This document shows, piece by piece, positions 36,425 through 44,688 of a stretch of DNA of 64,000 bases. Origin of the DNA: Rhodospirillaceae bacterium (GTDB taxonomy: Bacteria > Pseudomonadota > Alphaproteobacteria > Rhodospirillales > Casp-alpha2); assembly GCA_018665815.1 (NCBI GenBank), contig JABJBP010000007.1:857-64856 (forward strand). Direction: 5' to 3'. Position 1 is the first letter of the stretch; every line of letters starts with the position of its first letter. Made by a program: the position numbers and the translations under genes. The notes under the pieces were generated by a model. The model ran no database searches, had not been told where the DNA came from, and worked only from the letters and a program-made list of their open reading frames with translations.

Positions 36425-37323
36425 GGTACGCCTCGGCTCGCCTGCTTGATCGCGCCGAAGGCTTCCTTCAGCGCATCACCAACATGCGACGGTGTCGCCA
36501 AGACGTTGACACCAGCGGCCTCAAGCGCCTTTTTCTTCGACGCATAGGTGCCCTTGTCGCCCATGACGATGGCGCCGGCATGCCCCATTTTCTTGCCCGG
36601 TGGTGCGGCGCCGCCAGCGATGAAGGCGACGACGGGCTTGTCCATGGTGGCGACATATTCGGCGGCATCTTCTTCCATGGAGCCGCCGATTTCACCAACC
36701 ATGACGATGACTTCCGTGCCTTCGAAGCTGTCCAGGGCCTCAATGGCGTCGCGGGTCGTCGTACCCAACACCGGATCACCACCGATGCCTAAGAAAGCCG
36801 TCTGGCCATAACCGGCGGAGACGATGTTTTGGCACATCAAGGTCGCCAGGCTTCCTGAACGCGACATCACGCCGACATTTCCTTTCTTGAAGATGCGATC
36901 ATTAAACACCGGCATGAAGCCTAAGAAGCACTCGTCAATCGTCGCCGAACCCGCTGTATTCGGTCCGATGACAGTGGTGCCGTGTTCCTTGGCGGCGGCC
37001 ATGAAATACATGACGTCCTGGACCGGAATGTGTTCGGTCAGACACACGACCGTCTTGGCCCCGGCCTCAATAGCGTCCATGGCCGCGGCCTTGACGCCTA
37101 AGGCCGGAATGAACATGACCGTGGCATCAAAACCACCGCCTTCCATGGCATCCTTGGCAGAGCCATAAACAGGCACGCCACAATGTTCCGTGCCAGCCTT
37201 TTTCGGGTTCACACCACCAACAATTTTGGTGCCGTAGGCCTGCATGTGCTCCGTCCAGAACGTGCCTTGCTTGCCGGTGATGCCCTGGACCAGGACGCGG
37301 TGTTCTCTTCTGACAATCTTCAT
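36421..37323 (-). CDS. ADP-forming acyl-CoA ligase alpha subunit (SucD-like)
   Basis: Reads VLVQGITGKQGTFWTEHMQAYGTKIVGGVNPKK, with phospho-His loop KKMGHAGAIV. ATG 37323 overlaps the beta-subunit stop (ATGA). Confidence 0.85.
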   Translation of the reverse strand: MKIVRREHRVLVQGITGKQGTFWTEHMQAYGTKIVGGVNPKKAGTEHCGVPVYGSAKDAMEGGGFDATVMFIPALGVKAAAMDAIEAGAKTVVCLTEHIPVQDVMYFMAAAKEHGTTVIGPNTAGSATIDECFLGFMPVFNDRIFKKGNVGVMSRSGSLATLMCQNIVSAGYGQTAFLGIGGDPVLGTTTRDAIEALDSFEGTEVIVMVGEIGGSMEEDAAEYVATMDKPVVAFIAGGAAPPGKKMGHAGAIVMGDKGTYASKKKALEAAGVNVLATPSHVGDALKEAFGAIKQASRGVP

Positions 37324-38456
37324 GACGCGCCCCCTTTCGCGGCATCGACGGCGGCTTTGCATGCGGCATCCATATCCGGCAATGGGTCAACGCCCATGCG
37401 GTCCTTCAGCATTTTGATCGCGACCAGGTCGCCGGTGCCGGCGATGGAGAAGAACACCGGAATTTCGGGCTTTAGTTCTTCCCAAGCCGTCAGAAAGCCC
37501 TCCATCATCACATCGCAGCGCGCAAACGCGCCGCAAAAATTGACGACCAGACTTTTCACGCCGGGCTTATCTAACACCATCTTCACGCCGTCGGTGGCCT
37601 TGGTGTAGGCCTCGCCGCCGATCTCGCAGAAGTTCGCGGGGTTTCCACCGTGATGGCGGACCACGTCCATGGTCGTCATGGTCAATCCGGCGCCGTTGGC
37701 CAGCACAGCCACGTCGCCTTCAAGCTCAATATACTTGATACCAAGATCCTCTCCGCGCGTCTCCAGTTCCGTCAGCTTGTCCGGCGTGCCATTCGGCGCA
37801 ATTTCCTGCTGGCGCTTGATACCCGAATCGTCGAGCGAAAACTTGCAGTCCAAAGCAATCACGCCGCCTGCGCCAGTTAGCACCAGCGGGTTGATTTCCA
37901 ACAGTTCCGCGTCGTTCGCCCGGTAGGCTTCATAGAGCTTTACCAAGGTCTCGGCGATGGCCTCATTGGCACCGTCTAGCGCCTCGCCATCGACCAACGC
38001 GCGCGCTGCGGCGATATCGAACCCTTTGCGGATGTCGACCGGGGCCTTGCGCAGTTTTTCCGGTGTGTCGACGGCGATTTCCTCGATGTCCATGCCGCCT
38101 TCCGTGGAAAACATGACGACAGGGCTCTTGGTCGTCGGATCGTTCAACACGGCGGCGTAAAATTCACGCGCGATGTCGGACAATTCCTCAACCCAGACCT
38201 TTTCCACGACATGCGTGGCGATGGTCATGCCCAGGATATTGGCCGCATGGGTTCTGGCTTCATCGGCTGTTTGCGCCAGTTGAATGCCACCGGCTTTACC
38301 GCGCTTACCTGTCGGCACTTGCGCTTTAACGACGACGGGGCCCAAGGTGGCGACGGCATCAGCCGCCGCGTCCGGGTCGTGGGCCAAGATACCTTTTGGC
38401 ACGTTGATCCCGGCGGCCGCCAAAATCGGCTTGGCCGCGTACTCTTCAAAGTTCAT
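37320..38456 (-). CDS. ADP-forming acyl-CoA ligase beta subunit (SucC-like, ATP-grasp)
   Basis: 378 aa with MNFEEYAAKPILAAAGINVPKG...VVVKAQVPTGKRGKAGGI. Confidence 0.85.
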   Translation of the reverse strand: MNFEEYAAKPILAAAGINVPKGILAHDPDAAADAVATLGPVVVKAQVPTGKRGKAGGIQLAQTADEARTHAANILGMTIATHVVEKVWVEELSDIAREFYAAVLNDPTTKSPVVMFSTEGGMDIEEIAVDTPEKLRKAPVDIRKGFDIAAARALVDGEALDGANEAIAETLVKLYEAYRANDAELLEINPLVLTGAGGVIALDCKFSLDDSGIKRQQEIAPNGTPDKLTELETRGEDLGIKYIELEGDVAVLANGAGLTMTTMDVVRHHGGNPANFCEIGGEAYTKATDGVKMVLDKPGVKSLVVNFCGAFARCDVMMEGFLTAWEELKPEIPVFFSIAGTGDLVAIKMLKDRMGVDPLPDMDAACKAAVDAAKGGAS

Positions 38457-38459
38457 GAC

Positions 38460-39896
38460 TTACTTCCCGTGCTTACCCCAATAGGCACCAAACAAGGCAT
38501 CCTCGGACGGTTTGTCTTCGGGAATGGTTGTTACCAGATGAGTGATGTTGAGGAAATTCTTGTAGTTCAGATTCTCAGTTATTGAGTTTCCGGCCCAGGT
38601 GCCGCAGCCCATGGACAAGGTAAACGACAGTCCATTATCGAAGCTGCCGCCATTGCCAAACGTGTGCGCCTGATTGACCAGCACACGGACGACCCGCAAC
38701 TCTTCGGCCAGTTCCCGGGCGTGGTCGGTGTCCTTGGTATGAATACCGACCGAATGCCCCATGCCGACGAAATCCAGCACGTTCTGGACATGCGCCTTGG
38801 CGGCGGCAAAATCAGTTGCCCGATAAACGGTCAGCGCCAGAGAAAGTTTTTCATCCGAGAACGGGTGATCCTTTCCGGCGGCGTTCTCGTCTTCAACCAT
38901 GAAGAACTTGGCCGACTTGGCTTCTTCGGGCAGACCACAGGTCTCGGCGAACACGTCCGGGTCTTTGGCAATGACGTGCCGGTTCAAATGTCCATCGACC
39001 CAAAGAGTCTCTTCGATCTTCTTCTTGTCTTCCGGCGTGCACAAATACCCGCCGGCGTCCTTCAATGCCTGAATGGCATCGTCGTAGACGGCATCCAAAA
39101 TGGTGATCGAATTTTCCGACGAACACGACGTCGAATTATCGAAGCACTTCGACATCATGATCTTGTTGGCCGCATCGGCCAGATCAGCAGTTGTATCGAT
39201 AATCACCGGCACATTGCCGGCGCCGACGCCGATGGCCGGCGTGCCCGACGAATAAGCGCGTTTGACGTTGTTCTGCGATCCGGTCACGACCACCAGATCG
39301 GCCTGGTTCATCAACTCCTGGGTTAGCGCCTTGTTGACCGGGGACGGCAGAACCTGAACTAGGTCTTCCGGCGCACCGACCTTTTTCAATTCCGCGCGCA
39401 TGTAATTGACGGTTTTGGTGGTGGTGCTGAGGCCGGCCGGGCTGGGCGCCACGATCACCGCGTTGCGGCCTTTCACGGCCATCATCGCCTTATTGACCGG
39501 CGTCGCGGCGGGGTTGGTGCTTGGGGCCACGGCAGCGACCACGCCGACCGGCTTGGCGTATTTGACCAACCCTTTTTCCGGCAGTTCTTCAATGATGCCG
39601 ACCGATTTCACCCGCATCAGATCACGCAGGCAACCAAACGTCTTGCGTGTGTTCTTGGTGATTTTGCTTTCGACATTGCCCAGGCCCGTATCAGCGACCG
39701 CGACCTCGGCCAATTCCTTGGCGCGGGCAGGCTCGTAAATGGCCCAGGCCAGCGCCGTCACGGCTTCGTCGGCGGCCGCCTGATCGGCAGCCTCAAAGAT
39801 ATCCATAGCGGTGCGCGCATTGGCTATCAGGGAATTTATGATCGCCTCGGCGCCGTCTTCTTGGGCGGGGGCGGGGGCAACTGCTGTTTGGGTCAC
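38460..39896 (-). CDS. CoA-acylating aldehyde dehydrogenase (EutE/PduP/SucD(Ck)/SauS-like)
   Basis: 478 aa. Catalytic-Cys motif FDNSTSCSSENS is present. There is no ELGG-type motif of hydrolytic ALDHs. Sits directly upstream of the CoA ligase genes. Confidence 0.75.
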   Translation of the reverse strand: MTQTAVAPAPAQEDGAEAIINSLIANARTAMDIFEAADQAAADEAVTALAWAIYEPARAKELAEVAVADTGLGNVESKITKNTRKTFGCLRDLMRVKSVGIIEELPEKGLVKYAKPVGVVAAVAPSTNPAATPVNKAMMAVKGRNAVIVAPSPAGLSTTTKTVNYMRAELKKVGAPEDLVQVLPSPVNKALTQELMNQADLVVVTGSQNNVKRAYSSGTPAIGVGAGNVPVIIDTTADLADAANKIMMSKCFDNSTSCSSENSITILDAVYDDAIQALKDAGGYLCTPEDKKKIEETLWVDGHLNRHVIAKDPDVFAETCGLPEEAKSAKFFMVEDENAAGKDHPFSDEKLSLALTVYRATDFAAAKAHVQNVLDFVGMGHSVGIHTKDTDHARELAEELRVVRVLVNQAHTFGNGGSFDNGLSFTLSMGCGTWAGNSITENLNYKNFLNITHLVTTIPEDKPSEDALFGAYWGKHGK

Positions 39897-39986
39897 GATC
39901 TGCTCCTATGTTCTTTGCGTGTACTTATATTGAATCTTCTAAAATGTGGAATGGCCAAGAGCGGTCAGGGCACATCTTTATCGCCG

Positions 39987-40883
39987 TCATTCGGCGGATA
40001 TCGACCCGTCTTCCGCCCGATCAAATTCGGTATTTCCATCACCGTCTTGAAGCTCGGTAATATGTTTTTGCAATGCCGCCGCCACGGCCCGCATGGTCGG
40101 CAGATGTCCTTCCGCCTGCTTCACCGTCATCCGCGCATCGGGCGCATGAACCGCCAAGCCGGCGACAACCCGGCCGCCGCCGTCATAGACGGGCACGGCC
40201 AAGGCGATCAGGCCGGCAACGTGTTCCGAAGAATTCGTCGCACAGCCATTGCGCCGAATGCCCTTCAGTTCGGCCTCCAGTTCATCTGGATTTGTAATCG
40301 TGTGCTCGGTCAGGCTCGGCAAGGGTGCTGCATGGATCAAACGCTGGCGGGTCCGGCTTGGCAGATGGGCCAACAAGAGCTTACCGATGGCCGTGGCGTG
40401 GACGGGCACCCGGCTGCCGGCGCTCAATTGCAGGCGTAGCGGCCAGTCACACTCGACCCGGTCGATGTAGACCACTTCGTCGCGATCCAATATGCCGATA
40501 TTGCAGGTCTCACCGATTTGGCCGACCAAGTCCTTCAGCACGGTGCGCATGGGCGCCAACCGCCAGGCGACGGCGATGGCGTTGAGACTGAGGTTAACCA
40601 TCCTGGACCCGACGGAGAAATGATCACGGGCGAAATCGCGGCGAATCAAATCCAGGTCTTCCAGCTGACGGACGATGCGGTGTACGGTTTGGCGCGGCAA
40701 GTCGAGTTTCGCCGAAACCTCTGCGAGACCAAGGGCATGTTCCGATTCGAACAGTGCGTCGAGCACGAGCACCGCTTTTTGGAGGGCTGAGCCACTTTCC
40801 TTCTGGCTTTCCGGCATCGATGTTTTCCGTACCTGTGAGAACCGTGCTAAATATTCAATCGTCGATTCCACCATAGTCTGCAA
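39987..40883 (-). CDS. IclR-family transcriptional regulator
   Basis: Reads SALQKAVLVLDALFESEHALGLAEVSAKLDLPRQTVHRIVRQL, plus an IclR effector domain. ATG 40817 is a plausible alternative start. Confidence 0.85.
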   Translation of the reverse strand: MQTMVESTIEYLARFSQVRKTSMPESQKESGSALQKAVLVLDALFESEHALGLAEVSAKLDLPRQTVHRIVRQLEDLDLIRRDFARDHFSVGSRMVNLSLNAIAVAWRLAPMRTVLKDLVGQIGETCNIGILDRDEVVYIDRVECDWPLRLQLSAGSRVPVHATAIGKLLLAHLPSRTRQRLIHAAPLPSLTEHTITNPDELEAELKGIRRNGCATNSSEHVAGLIALAVPVYDGGGRVVAGLAVHAPDARMTVKQAEGHLPTMRAVAAALQKHITELQDGDGNTEFDRAEDGSISAE

Positions 40884-41052
40884 ATAATAAAAATCAATTA
40901 TTTTATTAAATTTGTCTCATTTATTTAAATATTGAACAAAATTAATTGCTCAACCGTCCATTATTGCGAGGTCAGCTATTCCTCAACCCTCCCCTGAAAG
41001 CGGCACGTCGCCCGCAGATTTTCCGGATCAATCGGCCGCCTGGTGGGGGGGA

Positions 41053-41733
41053 TTGCGTGAAGGGTTAGGCATGCCCTTTGTGATGGTCACCGCCAGCATG
41101 GTGGGGTTTGGATCGCTGGCCCGCGATTCAGGTTTGACCTTGGATATCACTTTGGCACTGTCCATCGGACTTTGGGGATTGCCGGGACAAGTCGCCATGG
41201 CCGAACTGCATGCCATGGGCGCACCGATCATCGCCATTGTTTTGGCGTCGTCCATGGGCAATCTCAGGTTCCTGCCCATGGGTTTAGTAATGATGCCGGT
41301 TTTCCGGGGCGATCCGCAGGCCCATCGCTGGCGGTTTGTGATCGGCCAGATTATGGCCATCAACCCTTGGACCGTGTTCATGCGCCGCGCGCCGCAAATA
41401 TCCGTGCCCTTGCGGTTCCCCTATTACATGGCATTGGCGGGCACGTGTCTGGCCGGCGGCGCCTTGGGTACCGTCGCGGGCTATATCCTTTACGGGTCGC
41501 TACCCTTCGTCGTCACGGTCTCATTGGTCTTTCTCAATCCGGCTTATTTCGTCTTTGTGTTTTCCAGCGTGCGACAACGCAATTGCATCATCGCGGTCGT
41601 CCTGGGCGCCTTCACAGGGCCCCTGTTGCACCAAGTGACGCCCGATTGGAGTGTCCCCTTGACTGGCCTGATTGCCGGCACCGCAGCGTTTTTCCTGAAC
41701 CGATGGACGGGAGGTGCCGGTGGCAACACCTGA
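41053..41733 (+). CDS. azlC: AzlC-family branched-chain amino acid permease subunit
   Basis: Polytopic; GLWGLPGQVAMAEL and SMGNLRFLPMG are AzlC-like. TTG start at 41053, with ATG 41071 as an alternative. Confidence 0.75.
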   Translation: MREGLGMPFVMVTASMVGFGSLARDSGLTLDITLALSIGLWGLPGQVAMAELHAMGAPIIAIVLASSMGNLRFLPMGLVMMPVFRGDPQAHRWRFVIGQIMAINPWTVFMRRAPQISVPLRFPYYMALAGTCLAGGALGTVAGYILYGSLPFVVTVSLVFLNPAYFVFVFSSVRQRNCIIAVVLGAFTGPLLHQVTPDWSVPLTGLIAGTAAFFLNRWTGGAGGNT

Positions 41734-42061
41734 ACTTTGGCTAATTTTCGCATTGGTGTTCGCGGGCACTTTCGTGTGGCGCGCGCTGGGAGTCGCCATC
41801 GCGTCGCGAATCAATCCCGACGGCGCGATCTTCCAGTGGGTGTCGTGTGTCGCCTACGCCATGCTGGCCGGATTGATTTCGCGGGTCCTGCTTTTACCCA
41901 TCGGCACATTGGCTGACACACCGACACTCGACCGCGCCATTGCCATGGCTGCCGGCTTCGCGCTGTTCTTCGTCTTCGGCCGACATATTTTCGCCGGCAC
42001 CATTGGCGCCTTTAGCGTTTTTCTGGCACTGACCATGCTCAGGGCCGAGGGGATGATTTAG
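41720..42061 (+). CDS. azlD: AzlD-family small membrane protein
   Basis: About 113 aa and hydrophobic. GTG 41720 overlaps the azlC stop. Pairing with azlC is typical. Confidence 0.7.
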   Translation: MATPELWLIFALVFAGTFVWRALGVAIASRINPDGAIFQWVSCVAYAMLAGLISRVLLLPIGTLADTPTLDRAIAMAAGFALFFVFGRHIFAGTIGAFSVFLALTMLRAEGMI

Positions 42062-42063
42062 AC

Positions 42064-43179
42064 ATGCGCGCCATTGTAATTCTCATCGGCGTCGCCTTTG
42101 CCCTGCAACCGATAGCCGGACATGGCCAGTCCACCTGCCCCGCCCCGGCGCCTGTTTGTGCCGCCAAGACCAGCGTGTTTCCCATTGCGTCGTTTGATCC
42201 ACAAGCCAGCGCCGTCCTCATCGCGCCGGACCTTCTGGTCACCAACCGCCACGTCGTTGCCGATAACCCCCGAGCTGAGATATTCGGCCCAGACGGCAGC
42301 CGCCTCATGGCCGACGTCGTGCCCACCATCTACCCGGGCGATTTGGTCTTATTAACAACAAAGGGTCTGGCCGCACCGGGATTACCCATCGGCACAGCAA
42401 CTCTTCAAAGTGAACTGCGCACCGTTGCCGCCGATGTTGGGCGCGGGCGCATCCGCGTCTATTCACCGGGCCGCGCGCAAGCTTTGCCTGCCGAGGGCAA
42501 ACTGTTGGCCAGACTACACAACACGGCACGCAGCCAGCCGGGCAACTCTGGAGGGGCCTTGGTCGACGCGAAAGGCCGGCTTGTCGGCATCGTCACGTCC
42601 GGTGGCGAAGGCCGCTCGGAGGCCATCCCAGCCAGCGACATCTCGCGGCTGAAAGAAATGTCCGGCCCCGAACACGCGCTCGCCAGCCGAAATATCGGCC
42701 TCGCCTATCGCCAATGCACGGAGGCCATCGATGTCGCCGGAGCGACCCGCCAAGCCATGGCGCCAAAGAATATCCAGTTCATCGCCGCGCGCTGTCGCGC
42801 CACCAACAACCGCCAACTCCTAGACCTCGCAGCCCAGGCCCTGGGCCGGCGCGGCCATCACGCCCAGTCCATTGAGCTGTTCAACGCCGCCCTCGCGCAA
42901 GACCCGAACGCCCTAAACACGCGATTAGGCCTGGTCGTCACGCTACATTTAGCCCGACGTTTCAAAGACGAACTGCCGCATCTCCATCATTTGATTGATG
43001 TCATGCCCCGTGAAATTCAGGTGCTGCGCTTCGCCATCCAAGCAGGCACCTGGGGCGGTGACAAAGCCTTGGCTGACCAAGGTGTCGCATTGCTCAAAAA
43101 ACATCATCCCAAACTCGCGCCCCTGGCCGAACGATTCATGAAGGCACCACCTCCGTCAGGCGGCCCGCGCCGGCCTTAA
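42064..43179 (+). CDS. Secreted trypsin-like (S1/S1C) serine peptidase with TPR-like C-terminal region
   Basis: Signal peptide is MRAIVILIGVAFALQPIAG. The triad candidates are TNRHVV, GDLVLL and GNSGGALVD. The C-terminal 150 aa are helical-repeat-like. Confidence 0.7.
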   Translation: MRAIVILIGVAFALQPIAGHGQSTCPAPAPVCAAKTSVFPIASFDPQASAVLIAPDLLVTNRHVVADNPRAEIFGPDGSRLMADVVPTIYPGDLVLLTTKGLAAPGLPIGTATLQSELRTVAADVGRGRIRVYSPGRAQALPAEGKLLARLHNTARSQPGNSGGALVDAKGRLVGIVTSGGEGRSEAIPASDISRLKEMSGPEHALASRNIGLAYRQCTEAIDVAGATRQAMAPKNIQFIAARCRATNNRQLLDLAAQALGRRGHHAQSIELFNAALAQDPNALNTRLGLVVTLHLARRFKDELPHLHHLIDVMPREIQVLRFAIQAGTWGGDKALADQGVALLKKHHPKLAPLAERFMKAPPPSGGPRRP

Positions 43180-44522
43180 CGACCCGGCAAAAAATCGTCC
43201 ATTGGGTCGGGAATCCAACCATGTTTTAGTGGCAGGTCAGGGTGTCTGAGCGACGGTTTGGCGCGCGAAAGGATGGCGCGTTTCAGGTCCGGGCCGCGCC
43301 AGGTAGGGTTTTTGGCCAGCAATCTGGCGGCCAGGGCGGCAATGCGTGGCACGGCGAAGCTTGAGCCTGATGCCTGCCCCGCGACGCCGCGATGATCGAC
43401 AACCGCCACTTTTTCGCCCGGCGCCATGATGTCGACGGCTTTGCGGCCCCAGTTCGAACCCCTGGCCAAGCGCCCGAAAGCATCCGCCGATGTCACGGTG
43501 AGGATGTTTCCCAGATCAAGGGCGGCGGGATAGACGGGGCGCTTGTCGATATCGCGGCCGTCATTGCCCGCCGAAATAATGAACAGCATATGCGGTCGGG
43601 CCCGGGCGGCAGCCTCGAAGGCTTCCCAGTCACCGTGCTTCGATGAGCCCATCGCCATGTTGATGATGATGGCGCCTTTTTGGTCGGCATCGGCAACCAA
43701 TTCTCCCATCCGGCTCATTTCCGACCTTGGGAAACGGTAGGGAATGATCCGCGCCGCCGGCGCTTCGCGCAAAACGATCGAGGCGACGGCGGTGCCATGA
43801 TGCAGGGGAAAAAACGCCGAACGCCCGGTATCGACATCGAACGGCCTGGCGTCTTGATCCCAATAATCAACGCCGAGAATTTTTCCAGCGCCATCGCGGG
43901 CCAAGCGACGGGCGATCACATCAAGCAGATAGTTGACGCCCGTGTCGACTACGGCGACAACAGCGCCACCGGGGTCGGCACCAGGGTCAGCACTCGGCGG
44001 CACAGCCGGGTTAAGCGGCTCCTCAGCGATGATTTTTCGCAAGTCCGGCCCGAAGATGCGCAAGCTCGCGGGTTTGCCCGCATCGTCATAAATGATTCGC
44101 CGGGCCTCACGAACCTGACACTGACCATCCGCGGTGACGGCCAATTCGGGCCGGACCTGTTGGCCGCTGATGACGCCGTGGTACTCGGCGTTGACCCGGC
44201 GCAACCGGCCAAGCGGGAATATTTTTGACAACCGAATCTCGGCACCGCTTTCCAACAAGACCGCATGGATGGCAAGGCCCGGCTGCCCCCGGAAGGCAGT
44301 GACCCGCGCCTCCAACAATTTCGCGCCCGGAAAACCGCCAAGTAATTCGGAGTGGCCTTCCGGCAATCCAGCGCAAGCGGCGCCAAGGGCGATGCGGAGC
44401 GCCCCGACTTCAACCGGCTTGCCATCCGCGGGGGCGGGGACGGGGGCCAACGCTAACGCCAATACAATCAGCACCGCCGAAGACATCGACGCTTTGCGCA
44501 TCCGGTTTCGCAATCCATTCAT
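43176..44522 (-). CDS. Secreted S8 (subtilisin-family) serine peptidase with unknown N-terminal domain
   Basis: Signal peptide is present. The triad motifs are VAVVDTGVNY, HHGTAVAS and SGSSFAVP. Its stop overlaps the S1 peptidase stop (TTAA). Confidence 0.85.
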   Translation of the reverse strand: MNGLRNRMRKASMSSAVLIVLALALAPVPAPADGKPVEVGALRIALGAACAGLPEGHSELLGGFPGAKLLEARVTAFRGQPGLAIHAVLLESGAEIRLSKIFPLGRLRRVNAEYHGVISGQQVRPELAVTADGQCQVREARRIIYDDAGKPASLRIFGPDLRKIIAEEPLNPAVPPSADPGADPGGAVVAVVDTGVNYLLDVIARRLARDGAGKILGVDYWDQDARPFDVDTGRSAFFPLHHGTAVASIVLREAPAARIIPYRFPRSEMSRMGELVADADQKGAIIINMAMGSSKHGDWEAFEAAARARPHMLFIISAGNDGRDIDKRPVYPAALDLGNILTVTSADAFGRLARGSNWGRKAVDIMAPGEKVAVVDHRGVAGQASGSSFAVPRIAALAARLLAKNPTWRGPDLKRAILSRAKPSLRHPDLPLKHGWIPDPMDDFLPGR

Positions 44523-44688
44523 AGCGCCATCTTAGCGCTCGGCAGACCGGCCAACCAGACTGACAAAAGGCGGTTTTGCAATCTCCCTCTTGGCGAAAAT
44601 CCCGTTTCGGGGCAGATTCGAGTATGGATTGTTCGAATGACGTCGATGCGGCGGCGTTTCTGGGGGATATCCCTATGGCGATAGGGTC

